A stretch of 64,000 nt of DNA, taken from the NCBI GenBank assembly GCA_015066875.1, contig SVNM01000001.1, forward strand, positions 7,815 to 71,814. Direction: 5' to 3'. Below the pieces are notes generated by a model that was given only the letters and a program-made list of their open reading frames with translations, searched no databases and was not told where the DNA came from. Below, piece after piece: positions 9,567 through 20,179 of the stretch (position 1 is its first letter; each line of letters starts with the position of its first letter). This DNA comes from Ruminococcus sp. Its GTDB lineage: Bacteria; Bacillota; Clostridia; Oscillospirales; Ruminococcaceae. A program made the position numbers and the translations under genes.

Positions 9567-10940
9567 TTGGATTGTAATACAGGTATATTTGAAGAAATAA
9601 GATCGCTTATTCAGGCAAGAAACTCAAAAAAGGCATATGTAAGAAGCTTTGGCTGTCAGCTCAATGTTTCGGACGGAGAAAAAATCAAGGGACTTTTAAA
9701 ACAGTCGGGTTATGATTTTACCGAAGACGAGAATGACGCAGACCTTATAATTCTCAATACCTGTGCGGTAAGAGAAAATGCTGAGGACAGGGTTTTCGGC
9801 ATTGTGGGAAGTATGAAGAGTCTCAAAGAGCTCAGGCCTGAGCTTATAATAGGTATAAGCGGTTGTATGACGGCTCAGGAGCATATTGCAGAGAAAATCA
9901 AAAGCTCGTATCCCCAGGTAAGCTTTGTGCTGGGAACATCTGCGCTGAATGCTCTGCCGGCACTGCTTCTTGAAGCCCTTAAGGGAGCGAAATATTCCGA
10001 GGACAGAAGGGAATACGATGATTTTTCACAGGTCTGCGAGCAGATACGTGAAAGCACATTCAAAGCTTCTGTGCCCATAATGTACGGGTGCAACAATTTC
10101 TGCACCTACTGCATAGTGCCCTATGTAAGAGGCAGAGAGCGTTCACGAAAGGCAGAGGATATCATTGCTGAGGTTACTCAGCTTGCTTCAGATGGCTATA
10201 AGGAGATTATGCTTCTTGGACAGAATGTCAACTCTTACGGAAACGACCTTTCAGACGGACTTTCTTTCCCACAGCTTCTCAGAAGACTCAATGATATAGA
10301 GGGCGATTTTGTAATCCGTTTTATGTCATCTCACCCTAAGGACGCTTCAAGAGAGCTTCTTGACGCTATACTTGAGTGCGACAAGGTCGCAAAGCACCTT
10401 CACCTTCCTGTGCAGAGCGGAAGCAATGATGTTCTTGAAAGAATGAACAGACGCTATACCGTCGAAAAATATCTTGAAACAGTGGATTATCTCAGAGAAA
10501 GAGAGCCCTCGTTCTCGTTTACAACAGACCTAATTGTAGGATTTCCCAATGAGAGTGACGAGGACTTTGAGGCTACCTTAGAGCTTATAAAGCGTGTGAA
10601 GTATGATAACATCTACTCGTTCATATACTCAAAAAGAACAGGCACAAAGGCTTCGGTAATGGAGGATAAAATCTCTGACGATGTGAAGAGTCGGCGAATG
10701 AGAAGGCTTCTTGAGGTTCAGAGAGAAATTTCCACTGAGCATTATAAACGCTTTGTGGGGGAGAAAATGAGAGTTCTTGTTGACGGTGAGAGTAAGAAGC
10801 GTGAAGGCTATCTCACGGGCAAGAGCAATGAATTTATTATAGCTGAATTTGCAGGTGACAGCTCGCTTGTAGGAAGCTTCGTTGAAATAGAAGTAACCGA
10901 AGCTAAAAACTGGGCGGTCATCGGTAAAATCATAGATTAA
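9567..10940 (+). CDS. miaB: tRNA-2-methylthio-N6-dimethylallyladenosine synthase
   Basis: FGCQLN, NTCAVRENAE, radical-SAM CNNFCTYC, TRAM domain; TTG start after AAGGAG. Confidence 0.93.
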   Translation: MDCNTGIFEEIRSLIQARNSKKAYVRSFGCQLNVSDGEKIKGLLKQSGYDFTEDENDADLIILNTCAVRENAEDRVFGIVGSMKSLKELRPELIIGISGCMTAQEHIAEKIKSSYPQVSFVLGTSALNALPALLLEALKGAKYSEDRREYDDFSQVCEQIRESTFKASVPIMYGCNNFCTYCIVPYVRGRERSRKAEDIIAEVTQLASDGYKEIMLLGQNVNSYGNDLSDGLSFPQLLRRLNDIEGDFVIRFMSSHPKDASRELLDAILECDKVAKHLHLPVQSGSNDVLERMNRRYTVEKYLETVDYLREREPSFSFTTDLIVGFPNESDEDFEATLELIKRVKYDNIYSFIYSKRTGTKASVMEDKISDDVKSRRMRRLLEVQREISTEHYKRFVGEKMRVLVDGESKKREGYLTGKSNEFIIAEFAGDSSLVGSFVEIEVTEAKNWAVIGKIID

Positions 10941-10964
10941 TCAAAATTTAAAGGAGTAATTACA

Positions 10965-11369
10965 ATGGACGTTATTTCAATGGCAAGAGAGCTTGGAAAG
11001 GCTATTCAGCAGGACGACAGATATACAGCATATAATCTGGCAAAACAGGCAAATGACAACGATCAGGAGCTTCAGAAGCTTATCGGTGATTTCAACATCA
11101 CAAGAATGAACATCAACAAGGAAATGAGCAGTGAAAACCGTGACGATGAGCGTATCAAAGCTCTTGATGAAGAGCTCAAGTCAACATATGCAAAGATTAT
11201 GAGCAATAAGAATATGATAGTATTCAACTCGGCACAGAACGGCTATGAGCAGATGATGAACGATATCAACCAGATCATCACAATGTGCGCAAACGGCGAG
11301 GACCCTGACACTTGTGAGATTTCACACGGCTGTTCAGGAAGCTGTGCTACCTGCGGAGGCTGTCACTAA
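10965..11369 (+). CDS. YlbF/YmcA (RicAF) family regulator
   Basis: Helical protein (ARELGKAIQ...) with C-terminal CSGSCATCGGCH, in the usual position between miaB and mutS. Confidence 0.85.
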   Translation: MDVISMARELGKAIQQDDRYTAYNLAKQANDNDQELQKLIGDFNITRMNINKEMSSENRDDERIKALDEELKSTYAKIMSNKNMIVFNSAQNGYEQMMNDINQIITMCANGEDPDTCEISHGCSGSCATCGGCH

Positions 11370-11618
11370 GCGGGGTGCCCCGCCGGCGAATTTGTTGGAC
11401 GGTATAACGGTAGCGTAAAAATTTCGCACGGTAGCTGTATTGCAGTCAACGGGCGACCACAGGTCGCCACCTGCACCACACTTGTGGTTGGGAGGAGTGC
11501 CCGCAAACCTATTCGTACCGCAGTACAGACTGACTGTGCAAAAATAATGCTGTTTTGAATAAGGACTGCCTTAGGGCAGTCTGTTTACAGCATCTTATTA
11601 TGAAAGGAGACTCATAAA

Positions 11619-14237
11619 ATGAAAATCGACAGAAGTAAAATTTCACCGATGATGCGCCAGTATTTTGAGGTAAAGGATAAATACGAGGATTGCGTGCTCT
11701 TTTTCCGTCTCGGTGACTTTTATGAAATGTTCTTTGATGACGCAATAGCTGTGTCAAAGGCACTGGAGCTTACTCTTACAGGCAGAGACTGCGGTCTTGA
11801 AGAGCGTGCACCTATGTGCGGAGTTCCCTTTCACTCAGCTGATATCTACATAAAAAAGCTTATAGATATGGGCTTCAGAGTTGCTGTCTGCGAACAGCTG
11901 ACAGATCCTTCCGAGTCAAAGGGAATAGTAGTTCGTGACGTAATAAAGGTGGTAACACCCGGAACGCTCACCGACAGCAGTATGCTTGACGACGGAAAAA
12001 ACAACTATATATGCAGTATCTATTACGACGAAAAAGAAAAAGCCTGTGCAGTGGCATCAGCCGATATTTCCACAGGTGAAGCTTTTCTGTGCTTTTTTGA
12101 GGGAAAGGACGCTGAAACGGAAGTGATCAACGAGCTTTCAAGAACTCAGCCGGCAGAGATTATTTTCCCTGAAAGCTTTCTTTCATTGAAAAATGCATCA
12201 GAATTCATTAAACTAAGACTGGGCTGTGCTGTAACTTTAAGAGACAGCATCTGCTTCAGTCCTCAGCGTGTGCGTGATACAGTAGCACAGGTGTTCAGCG
12301 TTAAATCCGTTTCAGAGCTTGGAATAAGCGACGAGGGAGCAGACTGCTGTGCCGTATGCGGACTTTTCGATTACATAAACGATACACAGAAATCATCGGT
12401 ATCACGCTTTACATCAATTACTCTCCTCAGCGGAGACGCTTATATGGGACTTGACCTTAATGCAAGACGAAATCTTGAGCTTACCGAAACTCTCAGAAGC
12501 AAGGAGAAAAAAGGCTCGCTTTTATGGGTTCTTGACAGCACAAAGACCTCAATGGGAAGAAGAATGCTTAAGAACTGGATCGAACAGCCTCTGAAGAGTC
12601 CCGCAAGAATAATCGAGCGTCTTGAAGCGGTTGATGTGCTGTACAGGAAGAGCGTTGTGCTTTCAGATCTTACAGATTTGCTTGACAGGGTTTATGACCT
12701 TGAGCGCCTTATGACAAAGGTGATGTACAAGACGGCTAATCCCCGTGATTTAAAGGCTCTTTCCGCTACGGCAATGCAGATTCCTCTTATTAAGAAGGAG
12801 CTTGAAAAGCTCGGTGATTCAAAGCTTATTTCACAGCTTAACAGCAATATTTCACAGCTTGAGGATATTGTGGGACTCGTGGAAAATGCAATAATGGAGG
12901 AGCCTCCCGTATCCGTAAAGGACGGCGGAGTTATCCGTGACGGCTTCAATGAAGAGCTTGACAGCCTCAGACACGTTATGAATAACGGACAGGAGATAAT
13001 CGAGGAAATAGCTGTAAGAGAGCGTGAGTCTACAGGCATAAAGAACCTGAAAATAGGCTTTAACCGTGTTTTCGGATATTACATTGAGGTCACACGTTCA
13101 TACTACGACCTTATTCCTGAGGGCTATATAAGAAAGCAGACTCTGGCAAATGCCGAGAGATTTATTACGGAAGAGCTGAAAAATGCCGAGAATACCATTC
13201 TTGGAGCTAAAGACCGTGCCCTTGCTCTTGAAGCTGATATTTTTGCAGAGGTAAGAGACTTCCTTGCAACAAAGCTTGAAAGCGTACAGAAAACAGCTTC
13301 GGCAATAGCAACTGTTGACGTACTATGCTCCTTTGCTTCGGTAGCTCAGCGAAATCAGTACGTAAAGCCTTCACTTTCGCTTGACGGAGCTATTGATATC
13401 CGTGACGGACGTCACCCTGTTGTAGAGCTTATGCTGAGGGACGAAATGTTCGTTCCAAATGATGTTCATATGGATACAAAATCGGGCAGAATGTCCATTA
13501 TCACAGGACCGAATATGTCGGGTAAATCCACATATATGCGAATGACGGCGCTTATCGTGCTTATGACGCAGATAGGCTCGTTTGTGCCTGCAAATTCCGC
13601 AACGATTTCCGTTGTGGATAAGATTTTCACCCGTGTGGGAGCATCTGACGACCTTACAGCAGGACAGAGTACCTTTATGGTGGAAATGAGCGAGGTTTCG
13701 GATATTCTGAAAAATGCGACTCCCAACAGTCTTGTTATTCTTGACGAGGTTGGCAGAGGTACATCTACCTTTGACGGAGTAAGCATCGCAAGAGCCGTTG
13801 CAGAGCACATCTGCACCTCTAAAAAGCTTGGCTGTAAGACTCTTTTTGCGACTCATTACCACGAGCTCATTGGTCTTGAAGATGAGCTTGAAGGCGTCAA
13901 GAATTACAGTATAGCAGTAAACAAGCACGGAGGCTCCATACGCTTCCTGAGAAAGATAGTACGTGGCGGAGTTGACGAAAGCTATGGCGTTGATGTTGCA
14001 AAGCTTGCGGGACTTCCCACAAAGGTTATCAACCGTGCAAGAGAGCTTCTTGAGGAAATGGAGCGTAACAATAACACATTAAGCAGTTCATCAGTAGCAG
14101 ATGATATGGAACAGATGAGCTTTGGTGCAGTAAGCCGTCAGTCAGCACTTGATATGCTTGAAAAAACAAATATCGACGAGCTTTCAGACGCTGAGTGCCG
14201 TGAGCTTTTAAGAGATATGCTTGATATTATTAAATAA
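11619..14237 (+). CDS. mutS: DNA mismatch repair protein MutS
   Basis: SPMMRQY, FFRLGDFYEMF, GPNMSGKS, STFMVEM, DEVGRGT. Confidence 0.98.
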   Translation: MKIDRSKISPMMRQYFEVKDKYEDCVLFFRLGDFYEMFFDDAIAVSKALELTLTGRDCGLEERAPMCGVPFHSADIYIKKLIDMGFRVAVCEQLTDPSESKGIVVRDVIKVVTPGTLTDSSMLDDGKNNYICSIYYDEKEKACAVASADISTGEAFLCFFEGKDAETEVINELSRTQPAEIIFPESFLSLKNASEFIKLRLGCAVTLRDSICFSPQRVRDTVAQVFSVKSVSELGISDEGADCCAVCGLFDYINDTQKSSVSRFTSITLLSGDAYMGLDLNARRNLELTETLRSKEKKGSLLWVLDSTKTSMGRRMLKNWIEQPLKSPARIIERLEAVDVLYRKSVVLSDLTDLLDRVYDLERLMTKVMYKTANPRDLKALSATAMQIPLIKKELEKLGDSKLISQLNSNISQLEDIVGLVENAIMEEPPVSVKDGGVIRDGFNEELDSLRHVMNNGQEIIEEIAVRERESTGIKNLKIGFNRVFGYYIEVTRSYYDLIPEGYIRKQTLANAERFITEELKNAENTILGAKDRALALEADIFAEVRDFLATKLESVQKTASAIATVDVLCSFASVAQRNQYVKPSLSLDGAIDIRDGRHPVVELMLRDEMFVPNDVHMDTKSGRMSIITGPNMSGKSTYMRMTALIVLMTQIGSFVPANSATISVVDKIFTRVGASDDLTAGQSTFMVEMSEVSDILKNATPNSLVILDEVGRGTSTFDGVSIARAVAEHICTSKKLGCKTLFATHYHELIGLEDELEGVKNYSIAVNKHGGSIRFLRKIVRGGVDESYGVDVAKLAGLPTKVINRARELLEEMERNNNTLSSSSVADDMEQMSFGAVSRQSALDMLEKTNIDELSDAECRELLRDMLDIIK

Positions 14238-14267
14238 ATATAAAATATAAAACAAAGGGGAATTACT

Positions 14268-14696
14268 ATGAAAATTACAAACGAATCAATGTACAATGAG
14301 CTTTCGGTGTTCGGAACAGAGGTTGTAAATCCCGTGTACTGCTCAATCGCGGATTTCAGCGGATTTCTTTCGTCGGGCAGACCTACAAACTGGGGATTTC
14401 TCGCCACAGACAGCAGAGAGGACAGACTTTACCTTACGGTACATTCTCTTGTGGAAACTCTTGCAGGAACAGGCGGTTCGTACACCACAATCTATCAGAT
14501 GACTGTAGAGAAGCTGAAAGTCACAAAGGCACTTCTTCTTGGTTCATATACCATAGATATCAAGTACCGCAGTGACGGCAAGAAATACCGCCATAAATTT
14601 ACAATTGCCACAAAGTGCGGAACAGAGCTTACCGAACAGCAAAGCAATGCACATAATCTGGTGAATATGCTGAGAAGATGGGAGTCTTCTCTTTAA
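14268..14696 (+). CDS. Hypothetical protein
   Basis: 142-aa ORF with RBS and host-like codon usage. Confidence 0.7.
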   Translation: MKITNESMYNELSVFGTEVVNPVYCSIADFSGFLSSGRPTNWGFLATDSREDRLYLTVHSLVETLAGTGGSYTTIYQMTVEKLKVTKALLLGSYTIDIKYRSDGKKYRHKFTIATKCGTELTEQQSNAHNLVNMLRRWESSL

Positions 14697-14716
14697 TAAC
14701 GGAAAAGAGGCTTTTT

Positions 14717-15187
14717 ATGACAATCAGAAGGGCAGAAAACAGGGATATTCCAAGCATAGGCGAGCTTCTTGTGCAGGTCTGCGCAGTTCACGCACAGGGA
14801 AGAAGCGACCTTTTCAATATGGGTGCAAGAAAATATAATGATAAGGAGCTTGAAGAGCTTATCGCTGACGACGAAAGACCGATTTTTGTCGCCTGTGATG
14901 AACAGGACAGCGTACTGGGATATGCCTTCTGCGTTTTTCAGCAGTCAGACGGAAAGGGAGCTCTTACTGCCATTAAAACCCTGTATATCGACGATTTGTG
15001 CGTTTATGAAAGCTTAAGAGGACAGCATATCGGCTCTGCCCTTTATGAGTATGTAAAAAGCTTTGCGAAAGAGCAGGGCTGTTATAATGTAACGCTCAAT
15101 GTGTGGGCGTGCAATGAGTCTGCAATGAAATTCTACGAAAAATGCGGAATGAGTGTGCAGAAAATCGGAATGGAGACTGTGCTTTAG
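14717..15187 (+). CDS. GNAT N-acetyltransferase
   Basis: MTIRRAE start, LYIDDLCV...RGQHIGS acetyl-CoA motif, NESAMKFYEKCG. Confidence 0.9.
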   Translation: MTIRRAENRDIPSIGELLVQVCAVHAQGRSDLFNMGARKYNDKELEELIADDERPIFVACDEQDSVLGYAFCVFQQSDGKGALTAIKTLYIDDLCVYESLRGQHIGSALYEYVKSFAKEQGCYNVTLNVWACNESAMKFYEKCGMSVQKIGMETVL

Positions 15188-15214
15188 GATTTTTTTTGAT
15201 GAAAGGAGAACTCA

Positions 15215-17200
15215 ATGCCGTCAATTAACGTGCTTAGTAAGGAAATATCAGAGCTTATTGCTGCGGGCGAGGTTATAGAGCGTCCCTCGTCGGTTATCAA
15301 GGAGCTTGGGGAAAATTCAATAGATTCAGGAGCTACGCATATTACTGTCGAGATAAAAAACGGCGGAACAACCTATATGCGTGTTACCGACGATGGCTGT
15401 GGAATGGCTTTTGAGGACGTACCTACAGCCTTTCTTCGTCATGCCACAAGCAAGATTTCCGCAAAGGACGACCTTGACAATATCCTCACTCTCGGTTTCA
15501 GAGGCGAAGCTCTGGCTTCTGTATCGGCAGTGGCAAGGGTAGAGCTTATGACCAAACAGGAAGCTGAGCCCTTAGGAACAGCCTACAGAATTGAGGGAAG
15601 CGTTGAAGTTTCACACGAAAAAGCAGGCTGTCCTGACGGAACGACCATAATTATACGTGACCTTTTCTACAATGTTCCCGCAAGGCAGAAGTTTATGAAA
15701 AAGGACGTGACAGAGGCAAATGCAATCAGTCAGATTCTTCAGAAGATAACTCTTTCACACCCTGAGATTTCCTTCAAGCTTATACGTGATAATCGTATGG
15801 AGTTCAACTCCTGTGGTGACGGCGAGCTTTACTCGGCAATATATGCGGTGTACGGACGTGATTTCGCAAGAGACCTTATTCCTGTGGATTACACTCACAA
15901 CGGAATAAAGGTAACAGGCTACGTTATAAAGCCTCTGTACGCCAAGAATAACAGAAGCTTTCAGAACTTTTTTGTCAACGGACGCTATGTCAAATCAAGA
16001 ATATGCTCAACAGCACTTGAAAGTGCCTTTACAAATATGATTATGACGGGAAAATTCCCCGCCTGTGTGCTTATGATAGAGCTTCCGCCGTCGGCAATGG
16101 ACGTGAATATCCACCCTGCAAAGGCAGAGGTGCGTTTTACCGATGAGAGAGCTGTTTCCGACGCAGTTTTCTTTGCTGTAAAGAACTCTATGCTCAATGA
16201 CGGACTCATTTATGAATTCGAGCTCAAGCCCAAGGTCGACTGGACTGTGGAGGGTGCTAAAGAGCCTGAAACAGTGCTCAATCAGCAGGAGTTCATATTT
16301 ACTCCCATTGATAAGATAGAAGAAGCAGAAAAGGCGGTACAGAGCACTCAGAGCGTAAAGCCGGCAGAGCCTGTGGTAAAGTCTGCTGAGGAGCCTGTGG
16401 CAGAGCGTTCTGTGGCAGACTATGTTTCTTCGTTGGTGATTGCTCAGCCTGAGCCTGAAAAGGCTGTTTCCGAGCCTTGCGTTAATGAGACTCAGCGAAC
16501 AGAAAAGATTGCTGAGCCTGCAGAGGATAAGCCTGTAGATGGCTTCCGCTATATCAGCACACAGTCGCTTTCAAGACCGTGCGAAAAACAGGCTGAGACT
16601 CTTTCCGTATCAGAGCCTGTTGTAAAGGAAGAACCCAAAATACGTGTTATCGGCGAAGCATTCAAGAATTACATAATGGCTGAGGTTGATGATACCATAG
16701 TTATGATAGACAAGCACGCAGCTCACGAGAGGATTATTTTCGAGAGGCTCAAAAGCCGTAACTGCCGTCAGTACAGTCAGATGCTCATTACGGGAAGCCG
16801 TGTGCTTCTTTCGATGAATGAGTTTGACGCTATGCAGAATAATACTGAGCTTCTTGCGGATATGGGCTTTGAGTTCGATTTCTCACAGCCTCCGTATGTG
16901 GTGACAAAGGCTGTTCCTACGTTTATGATGGAGCTTGATTTTGACGAGCTTATACCTGAAATTGCGGAAAATCTCTATCTTGGCAAGCAGAATCCCCAGA
17001 CTCATATGCTTGACGATATTCTGCATACAATGGCCTGCAAATCTGCAATAAAGGCTAACGATAAGAACGATATACGCGAGCTTCAGGCTCTTGCACAGCA
17101 GGTTTACAATAATGAGCAGATACGTCATTGTCCACACGGCAGACCTGTGATGTTCACAATGACCAAAAGCAATATCGAGCATCAGTTCAAGAGAACATAA
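15215..17200 (+). CDS. mutL: DNA mismatch repair endonuclease MutL
   Basis: IAAGEVIERP, RHATSKI, GFRGEAL, DKHAAHER, CPHGRP. Confidence 0.97.
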   Translation: MPSINVLSKEISELIAAGEVIERPSSVIKELGENSIDSGATHITVEIKNGGTTYMRVTDDGCGMAFEDVPTAFLRHATSKISAKDDLDNILTLGFRGEALASVSAVARVELMTKQEAEPLGTAYRIEGSVEVSHEKAGCPDGTTIIIRDLFYNVPARQKFMKKDVTEANAISQILQKITLSHPEISFKLIRDNRMEFNSCGDGELYSAIYAVYGRDFARDLIPVDYTHNGIKVTGYVIKPLYAKNNRSFQNFFVNGRYVKSRICSTALESAFTNMIMTGKFPACVLMIELPPSAMDVNIHPAKAEVRFTDERAVSDAVFFAVKNSMLNDGLIYEFELKPKVDWTVEGAKEPETVLNQQEFIFTPIDKIEEAEKAVQSTQSVKPAEPVVKSAEEPVAERSVADYVSSLVIAQPEPEKAVSEPCVNETQRTEKIAEPAEDKPVDGFRYISTQSLSRPCEKQAETLSVSEPVVKEEPKIRVIGEAFKNYIMAEVDDTIVMIDKHAAHERIIFERLKSRNCRQYSQMLITGSRVLLSMNEFDAMQNNTELLADMGFEFDFSQPPYVVTKAVPTFMMELDFDELIPEIAENLYLGKQNPQTHMLDDILHTMACKSAIKANDKNDIRELQALAQQVYNNEQIRHCPHGRPVMFTMTKSNIEHQFKRT

Positions 17201-17215
17201 AAGCGGAGGTTTGCG

Positions 17216-17599
17216 ATGAAAATTGAACACACAGCACTGTATGTAAGCGACCTTGAGCGTGCAAGAAAATTTTTCGAAGGCTATTTCGGAGCCGTTTCAA
17301 ACGACATTTACATCAACAAAAGAACAGGCTTTAAATCGTATTTTCTTACCTTTGATGAAGGCGCTCGTCTTGAGATTATGCAAAGACCTGATGTGACTGC
17401 AAAGCGCAAGAAATCCACGCATACGGGATACTCTCACATAGCCTTCAGCGTGGGAAGCCGTGAAATGGTGGACGCTCTTACAGAACTGCTTTTAACTGAC
17501 GGCTATAGTGTAGTGAGCGGTCCGAGAACAACGGGCGACGGCTACTATGAAAGCTGTATAGTTGATTGTGAGGGTAATCTGATTGAAATAACAGAGTGA
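17216..17599 (+). CDS. VOC/glyoxalase family protein
   Basis: [37 protein letters not shown]. Confidence 0.9.
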   Translation: MKIEHTALYVSDLERARKFFEGYFGAVSNDIYINKRTGFKSYFLTFDEGARLEIMQRPDVTAKRKKSTHTGYSHIAFSVGSREMVDALTELLLTDGYSVVSGPRTTGDGYYESCIVDCEGNLIEITE

Positions 17600-17621
17600 T
17601 TTCTGCGGAAGGAGACTCATA

Positions 17622-18575
17622 ATGGAAATTAAAAAAGCAAAGCCCTTCGTTCTTGCGGTTGCGGGACCTACCGCATCGGGCAAGACAGGGCTTGGAATAG
17701 CTCTTGCAAAGGAGTACGGCGGAGAGGTTGTTTCAGCCGACTCTATGCAGATTTACAAGGGAATGGACATAGCCTCCGCAAAGCCCACAACTGAGGAAAT
17801 GGACGGGGTTCCTCACCACCTTATCGATTTTCTTGACAGAGATGTGACCTTCAGTGTTGCCGATTATGTAAAGCTTGCAAAAGAAAAGATAGATGAGGTT
17901 CTCAGCAGAGGAAAGCTTCCCATAATTGTGGGAGGTACGGGACTTTATATTGACTCGCTTCTCAATAATGTGTGTTTTTCCGAGGGCGGAAGCGATGAAG
18001 CGTACAGAGAAGAGCTCTATGCCTATGCACGTGAATACGGAAACGAGGCTCTGCACGAAAGACTTGCTATGGCAGACCCTGAGGCTTCTGAAAATATACA
18101 CCCTAATAATCTTGTGAGAGTTGTGCGTGCTCTTGAGGTGCTTCACGTTACGGGAAAAACCTTTACCAAGCTCAAGGCAGAAAGTCTGCTTGAGGAAAGT
18201 CCCTACGACAGCCTGATAATCGGTCTTGATTACGATGACAGGCAGACTCTTTATGAACGCATCAACCTGAGAGTTGACGAAATGGTGAAAAACGGTCTTG
18301 TGGAAGAGGCACGAAATCTCTGGCAGGAAAGCGGAATGAGGACCTCTGCAAACGCAATCGGCTTCAAAGAGCTTATACCGTATTTTGAGGGAGATATGAC
18401 TCTTGAAGAGTGTATCGACAAAATCAAACAGGAAACACGCCGTTATGCAAAGCGACAACTGACGTGGTTTAGGAAAAATAAACGTATAAAGTGGATAATT
18501 TTGGGCGAAATAGATAAAAAAACTGAAATTTTGGAAAAATCAAAAAAATGTATAGCAAATTACAGAAATATATGA
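17622..18575 (+). CDS. miaA: tRNA dimethylallyltransferase
   Basis: GPTASGKT, SADSMQIY, GGTGLY, YAKRQLTWF. Confidence 0.97.
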   Translation: MEIKKAKPFVLAVAGPTASGKTGLGIALAKEYGGEVVSADSMQIYKGMDIASAKPTTEEMDGVPHHLIDFLDRDVTFSVADYVKLAKEKIDEVLSRGKLPIIVGGTGLYIDSLLNNVCFSEGGSDEAYREELYAYAREYGNEALHERLAMADPEASENIHPNNLVRVVRALEVLHVTGKTFTKLKAESLLEESPYDSLIIGLDYDDRQTLYERINLRVDEMVKNGLVEEARNLWQESGMRTSANAIGFKELIPYFEGDMTLEECIDKIKQETRRYAKRQLTWFRKNKRIKWIILGEIDKKTEILEKSKKCIANYRNI

Positions 18576-18657
18576 TATAATGTATTGTGTGTATTTTTAA
18601 TTTATTGAAAATCACTTTTGCCTGAATCAGAAATAATAAAATGAATGGAGAATGTGT

Positions 18658-18897
18658 ATGAATAAAAGTATTAATCTGCAGGATGTGTTCATCAATCAGT
18701 GCAGAAAAGAAAAGATAACAGTTACCGTGTTCCTTACAAACGGATTTCAGTTCAAGGGTATGGTAAGAGGCTTTGACAGCTATGTGGTTATCCTCGACTG
18801 CGACGGAAAGCAACAGCTTGTTTATAAGCACGCAATTTCTACCATTGCTCCTTCAAGACCTGTTTCAATACTTGAGGCTTCTGAAAAGAACGACTGA
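18658..18897 (+). CDS. hfq: RNA chaperone Hfq
   Basis: NLQDVF...[10 protein letters not shown]...YKHAISTI. Confidence 0.97.
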   Translation: MNKSINLQDVFINQCRKEKITVTVFLTNGFQFKGMVRGFDSYVVILDCDGKQQLVYKHAISTIAPSRPVSILEASEKND

Positions 18898-18910
18898 GAC
18901 GGTGAGTTAA

Positions 18911-20179
18911 ATGCGTTCAGTTAATTCGGAAAACAATGTTGTTTCCAAAATACTGCGTAATGTGGTTCTGATACTGTTTCTTGTGATTTTTGTAAGCATT
19001 GTTTATAATTTCGGAAACAGAGAAAGTGCAACAGAAAGCGCATTAATGACAGATGCAACGGCTTCGGCAGAGTTCAGGGGAGTTTTTATCCGCGATGAGG
19101 AAGTTGTTACTTACAACGGAGGCGGAGTTTTAAGCTATGGCGTAACCGAAGGCGGAAGGCTTGGAAACGGCTCTGTGATAGCTCAGGTTTATCAGGACGA
19201 CAGACAGATAAAAACAAACAGGGAAATAGAAAAGCTCAGCCGTGAGCTTGATATTCTTAAAAAAATACAGAATCCCGGTACAATAGAATCGGCACAGCCC
19301 GCAAGTCTTTCAGAGGATATTGAGGAGACTTACCGAAATCTCATATACTGCCGTGATATGCACGATTATGAGACTATCGGTACTGATATGGACAACCTTC
19401 TTGTTATGCTCAGTACCTATCAGATCGTTACTGAGGAGGACGTTGATTTTTCACAGAGAATCGTTGATATCGGCTCAGAGCTCAATCAGCTCAAGCTCAG
19501 CACTATTTATCCTACAGAAATGATCACCTCAGACCGTTCGGCTTACTTTGTAAGCTACTGCGACGGATATGAGGATATTCTTACAAAGGAGAATATCAGC
19601 TCGCTTACCGTAAGTCAGCTTGACGGAATTACGGAAAAGGTCGATAATGACCCGAGAATTGTGGGAAAGCTTATCGACGGTTATGAGTGGTATCTTGCGG
19701 GTGTTATAAATAACTCGCGTAAGGAGTATGCTGTGGGTGATAAGGTTCAGCTCAGGTTTGAATCAGCTTCGGAAACCTTTACCGCAAAGGTAATCGATAT
19801 CCGTGATGAAGGCGATCCCGAAAAGAGCATTATTATCGTTTCCTGTAATCAGTTCAATTATGACCTGGTTCAGCACCGCTGTGAGAATGTAGAGCTCATA
19901 AAGGGCGAGTACAGCGGACTGAAGGTTCCCCGTGAGGCGATACGCTTCAAGGAAATTGAGGAAGTAATAAAGGATAAGGAAACAGGTATCGAAACTCAGA
20001 CTGTTACCAATTATAAGGGAGTTTATATTCTCGAAGGCGAACAGGTCGAGTTCAGAAAGCTTGATGTTATCTATGAGGGCAGTGATTACGTTCTTTCCGC
20101 TGTTCACGAAGAGGATAACAGCTATCTTGCTCTGTATGATGATATTATGATTGAAGGTGTTGATTCAAATGGGAAATGA
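18911..20179 (+). CDS. Membrane-anchored HlyD-like adaptor protein
   Basis: N-terminal TM helix, GVFIRDE, coiled coil, GLKVPREA; usual clostridial position before yggS. Confidence 0.7.
   Translation: MRSVNSENNVVSKILRNVVLILFLVIFVSIVYNFGNRESATESALMTDATASAEFRGVFIRDEEVVTYNGGGVLSYGVTEGGRLGNGSVIAQVYQDDRQIKTNREIEKLSRELDILKKIQNPGTIESAQPASLSEDIEETYRNLIYCRDMHDYETIGTDMDNLLVMLSTYQIVTEEDVDFSQRIVDIGSELNQLKLSTIYPTEMITSDRSAYFVSYCDGYEDILTKENISSLTVSQLDGITEKVDNDPRIVGKLIDGYEWYLAGVINNSRKEYAVGDKVQLRFESASETFTAKVIDIRDEGDPEKSIIIVSCNQFNYDLVQHRCENVELIKGEYSGLKVPREAIRFKEIEEVIKDKETGIETQTVTNYKGVYILEGEQVEFRKLDVIYEGSDYVLSAVHEEDNSYLALYDDIMIEGVDSNGK

Noticed and set aside
17733-18458. 241-aa antisense ORF, and similar shadow ORFs within mutS, ileS, rluD and MATE
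   Set aside because: Antisense to well-conserved genes, with no RBS or recognisable motifs
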